Assembly (NCBI RefSeq): GCF_006345805.1
Contig: NC_043025.1
Span: 15,438,001-15,502,000 of the forward strand
Direction: 5' to 3'
DNA length: 64,000 nucleotides
Origin: Octopus sinensis
Lineage: Eukaryota
The position numbers were made by a program, and so were the translations under genes. Below, one piece after another: positions 62,069 to 64,000 of the stretch (positions are counted from its first letter, which is position 1; every line of letters starts with the position of its first letter). The notes under the pieces were generated by a model. It had not been told where the DNA came from and ran no database searches. It was given only the letters and a program-made list of their open reading frames with translations.

Positions 62069-64000
62069 ATACTTGTTTACTTTCAATTACAAGAGTCACT
62101 TGGGACTTAGGAAAGGAAAACTTTATTTTACTCAAATTATGAGACAAAAAAAGTTTGAAAACAAGCATGGAATTCTAGGACAAAGTTATTAAAATCCTTT
62201 GGATTGGCAAAAAATCATACAGAAAGCCTTACTATAAAGACATTGTTTTGTATAACAAATTCACCAACATCACCTTAAAGCTACCTCTTGTAAAAGACCT
62301 GCTCAACTCTTGGTCTGTCTTGTCTATCTCAAGAAATACACGGGGCATATTTCCCTGGCATCCATGCACCATACTACACAGTCCTTATTTTTATCTTAAT
62401 CACCAGAGTGACTTGGAACTTATGAAAAGAAAACTTTGTTTTACTCAGAACGTATGAAAACAAGAGATAACAAAATCTCTGCAAACAAGAATGGATGTTT
62501 AGGACAGACTTATGAAAAGGCTTTGGACAGCCAAACGGTGGATGTCACACAGTTTCGCCACCTTGAGCATAATCCTATGAAACCAGAAAATTTAAAACAG
62601 AGGGTTACCTACTTGCAAACAACTGTGGTAACATGTAACATTATTGACCAAGGTTACCGTGGTTTTTTCCGTAGGCTGTTCTTCCCATGGATAAACCTTA
62701 TCTGCTTCCCCTTTTACACTTTACATCATGACATTTCTGTGATACACGATCCCTATTGATCGTTTTTTTCTTCTTTTTTTCTTTCTTTTTCTTTCCCCCC
62801 TTTTTCTCTTTCCCTTTCACGATCCCTTTTGATCGAAAACCTACCCCACCTTTTTCTTTTCTTTTTCTCTCCCAAAAAAGAAAAGCTCTACTTTGTAATC
62901 TGTCCTGTCTGTGTTCAGCCCTGTGTGGCCAATAAAGAAACACATTTTGTATAACAAATTCACCAAAGTCACACTAAAGCTGTCTCTTCTAACAGAACTG
63001 CTTATCCCTTTGGCCTGTCTTGTGTGTCACATAGGATACTCGGGACATATTTCCCTCGCACCCATGCAACATATAAGATAGACATTGCCAATTTTTTATT
63101 TTAATCCCCAGAGTAACTTGGGACTTATGAAAAGAAAGCTTTATCTTAAGTGAGAACATGTGGAAGAATGAAGCATGGATGTAGAGGAGAGACTTGTGAA
63201 AATGCTTTGGACAGGCATGGCGTTAATGCCACAGAATGAGCCACCATGAAGACACATTTTGTATTACATAAATTCAAAGTCACACCAAAAACTGTCTCTT
63301 CTAACAGAACTGCTTAACACTTTCCCTCTCCTGTGGGGTCTGGTGTTTATGGGGCTGAGGATCACAGTATTAGGCAGTATAGTCTGAGATACACTCAGCC
63401 ACAAAAGCTTTCTGGTACAGATCTGCTTGATCAGGGCTGACCGAGGGCTAAACAACAACACCGGAGATGAAATGAAAATATGCAGATGAAGGGTGTGTAC
63501 GATGACAATGACGTTAATAACGATCTCATTGACGAGGAATTTGCCATCTCAGACAACAAAATTTCCAACGACGCTCCCCTCCACCCGAGTACTTGATTGG
63601 GGCTCTATTTTATTGACCTTGAAAGGATGAAAGGCAAAGGTGACCTTGGTTGGAATTGAGCTCAGAACAAAAAGAGCCGGAAGGAGTGCCACAAATCACT
63701 TTGACATGTCAACAATTCTGCCAGCTCACATCATCATTATCATTGTTTAACGTCTGCTTTCCATGCTAGCATGGGTTGGATAATTTTGAGGATTGGTGAA
63801 CCAGATGGCTGCACCAGGCTCCAATCTTGATCTGGCAGAGTTTCTACAGCTGGATGCCCTTCCTAATGCCAACCACTCCGAGAGTGTAGTGGGTGCTTTT
63901 ACGTGCCACCGGCACGGGCGTCAGTCAGGCGGTACTGGCAACGACCTCGCTCGAATCTTTTTACACGTGCCAGTGAAGCGACGTTGGTAACGATCACGCT

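Noticed and set aside
41033-64000. Upstream cytospin exons or promoter
   Set aside because: The frame is open for 8 codons upstream of ATG 41008, but no upstream exon could be identified from sequence alone.

Overview
Eukaryotic, AT-rich, microsatellite- and SINE-dense genomic DNA. A mollusc-type 5S sequence and the repeat landscape suggest an octopod cephalopod (inference). Two convergent spliced genes were reconstructed by hand, with every splice phase consistent. (1) Plus strand: the last five exons (1110-17172, 328 aa) of a coiled-coil/polyQ protein with a C-terminal BEN domain; its 5' exons lie upstream of the window. (2) Minus strand: cytospin-A/SPECC1L-like, 5 coding exons (41032 to 25731, 1122 aa from ATG 41008), a long coiled coil plus a C-terminal calponin-homology domain. 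Bases 41033-64000 look like its upstream intron(s). The rest is four tRNA-head SINE families, RTE-LINE 3' ends, a GG-ended MITE with 8-bp TSDs, fold-back elements and minisatellites. Best leads: a full-length 5S rRNA fused to a full-length SINE inside one 22-bp target-site duplication; a U6 snRNA fused through its T5 tail to an RTE-LINE 3' end; a 219-bp inverted copy of the cytospin start-codon region that would fold the pre-mRNA and loop out the 3' splice site; and minimal hammerhead-ribozyme-like motifs with covarying stems. Repeat-family boundaries are approximate. Exon, TSD and ncRNA coordinates were counted by hand. No database searches were run.
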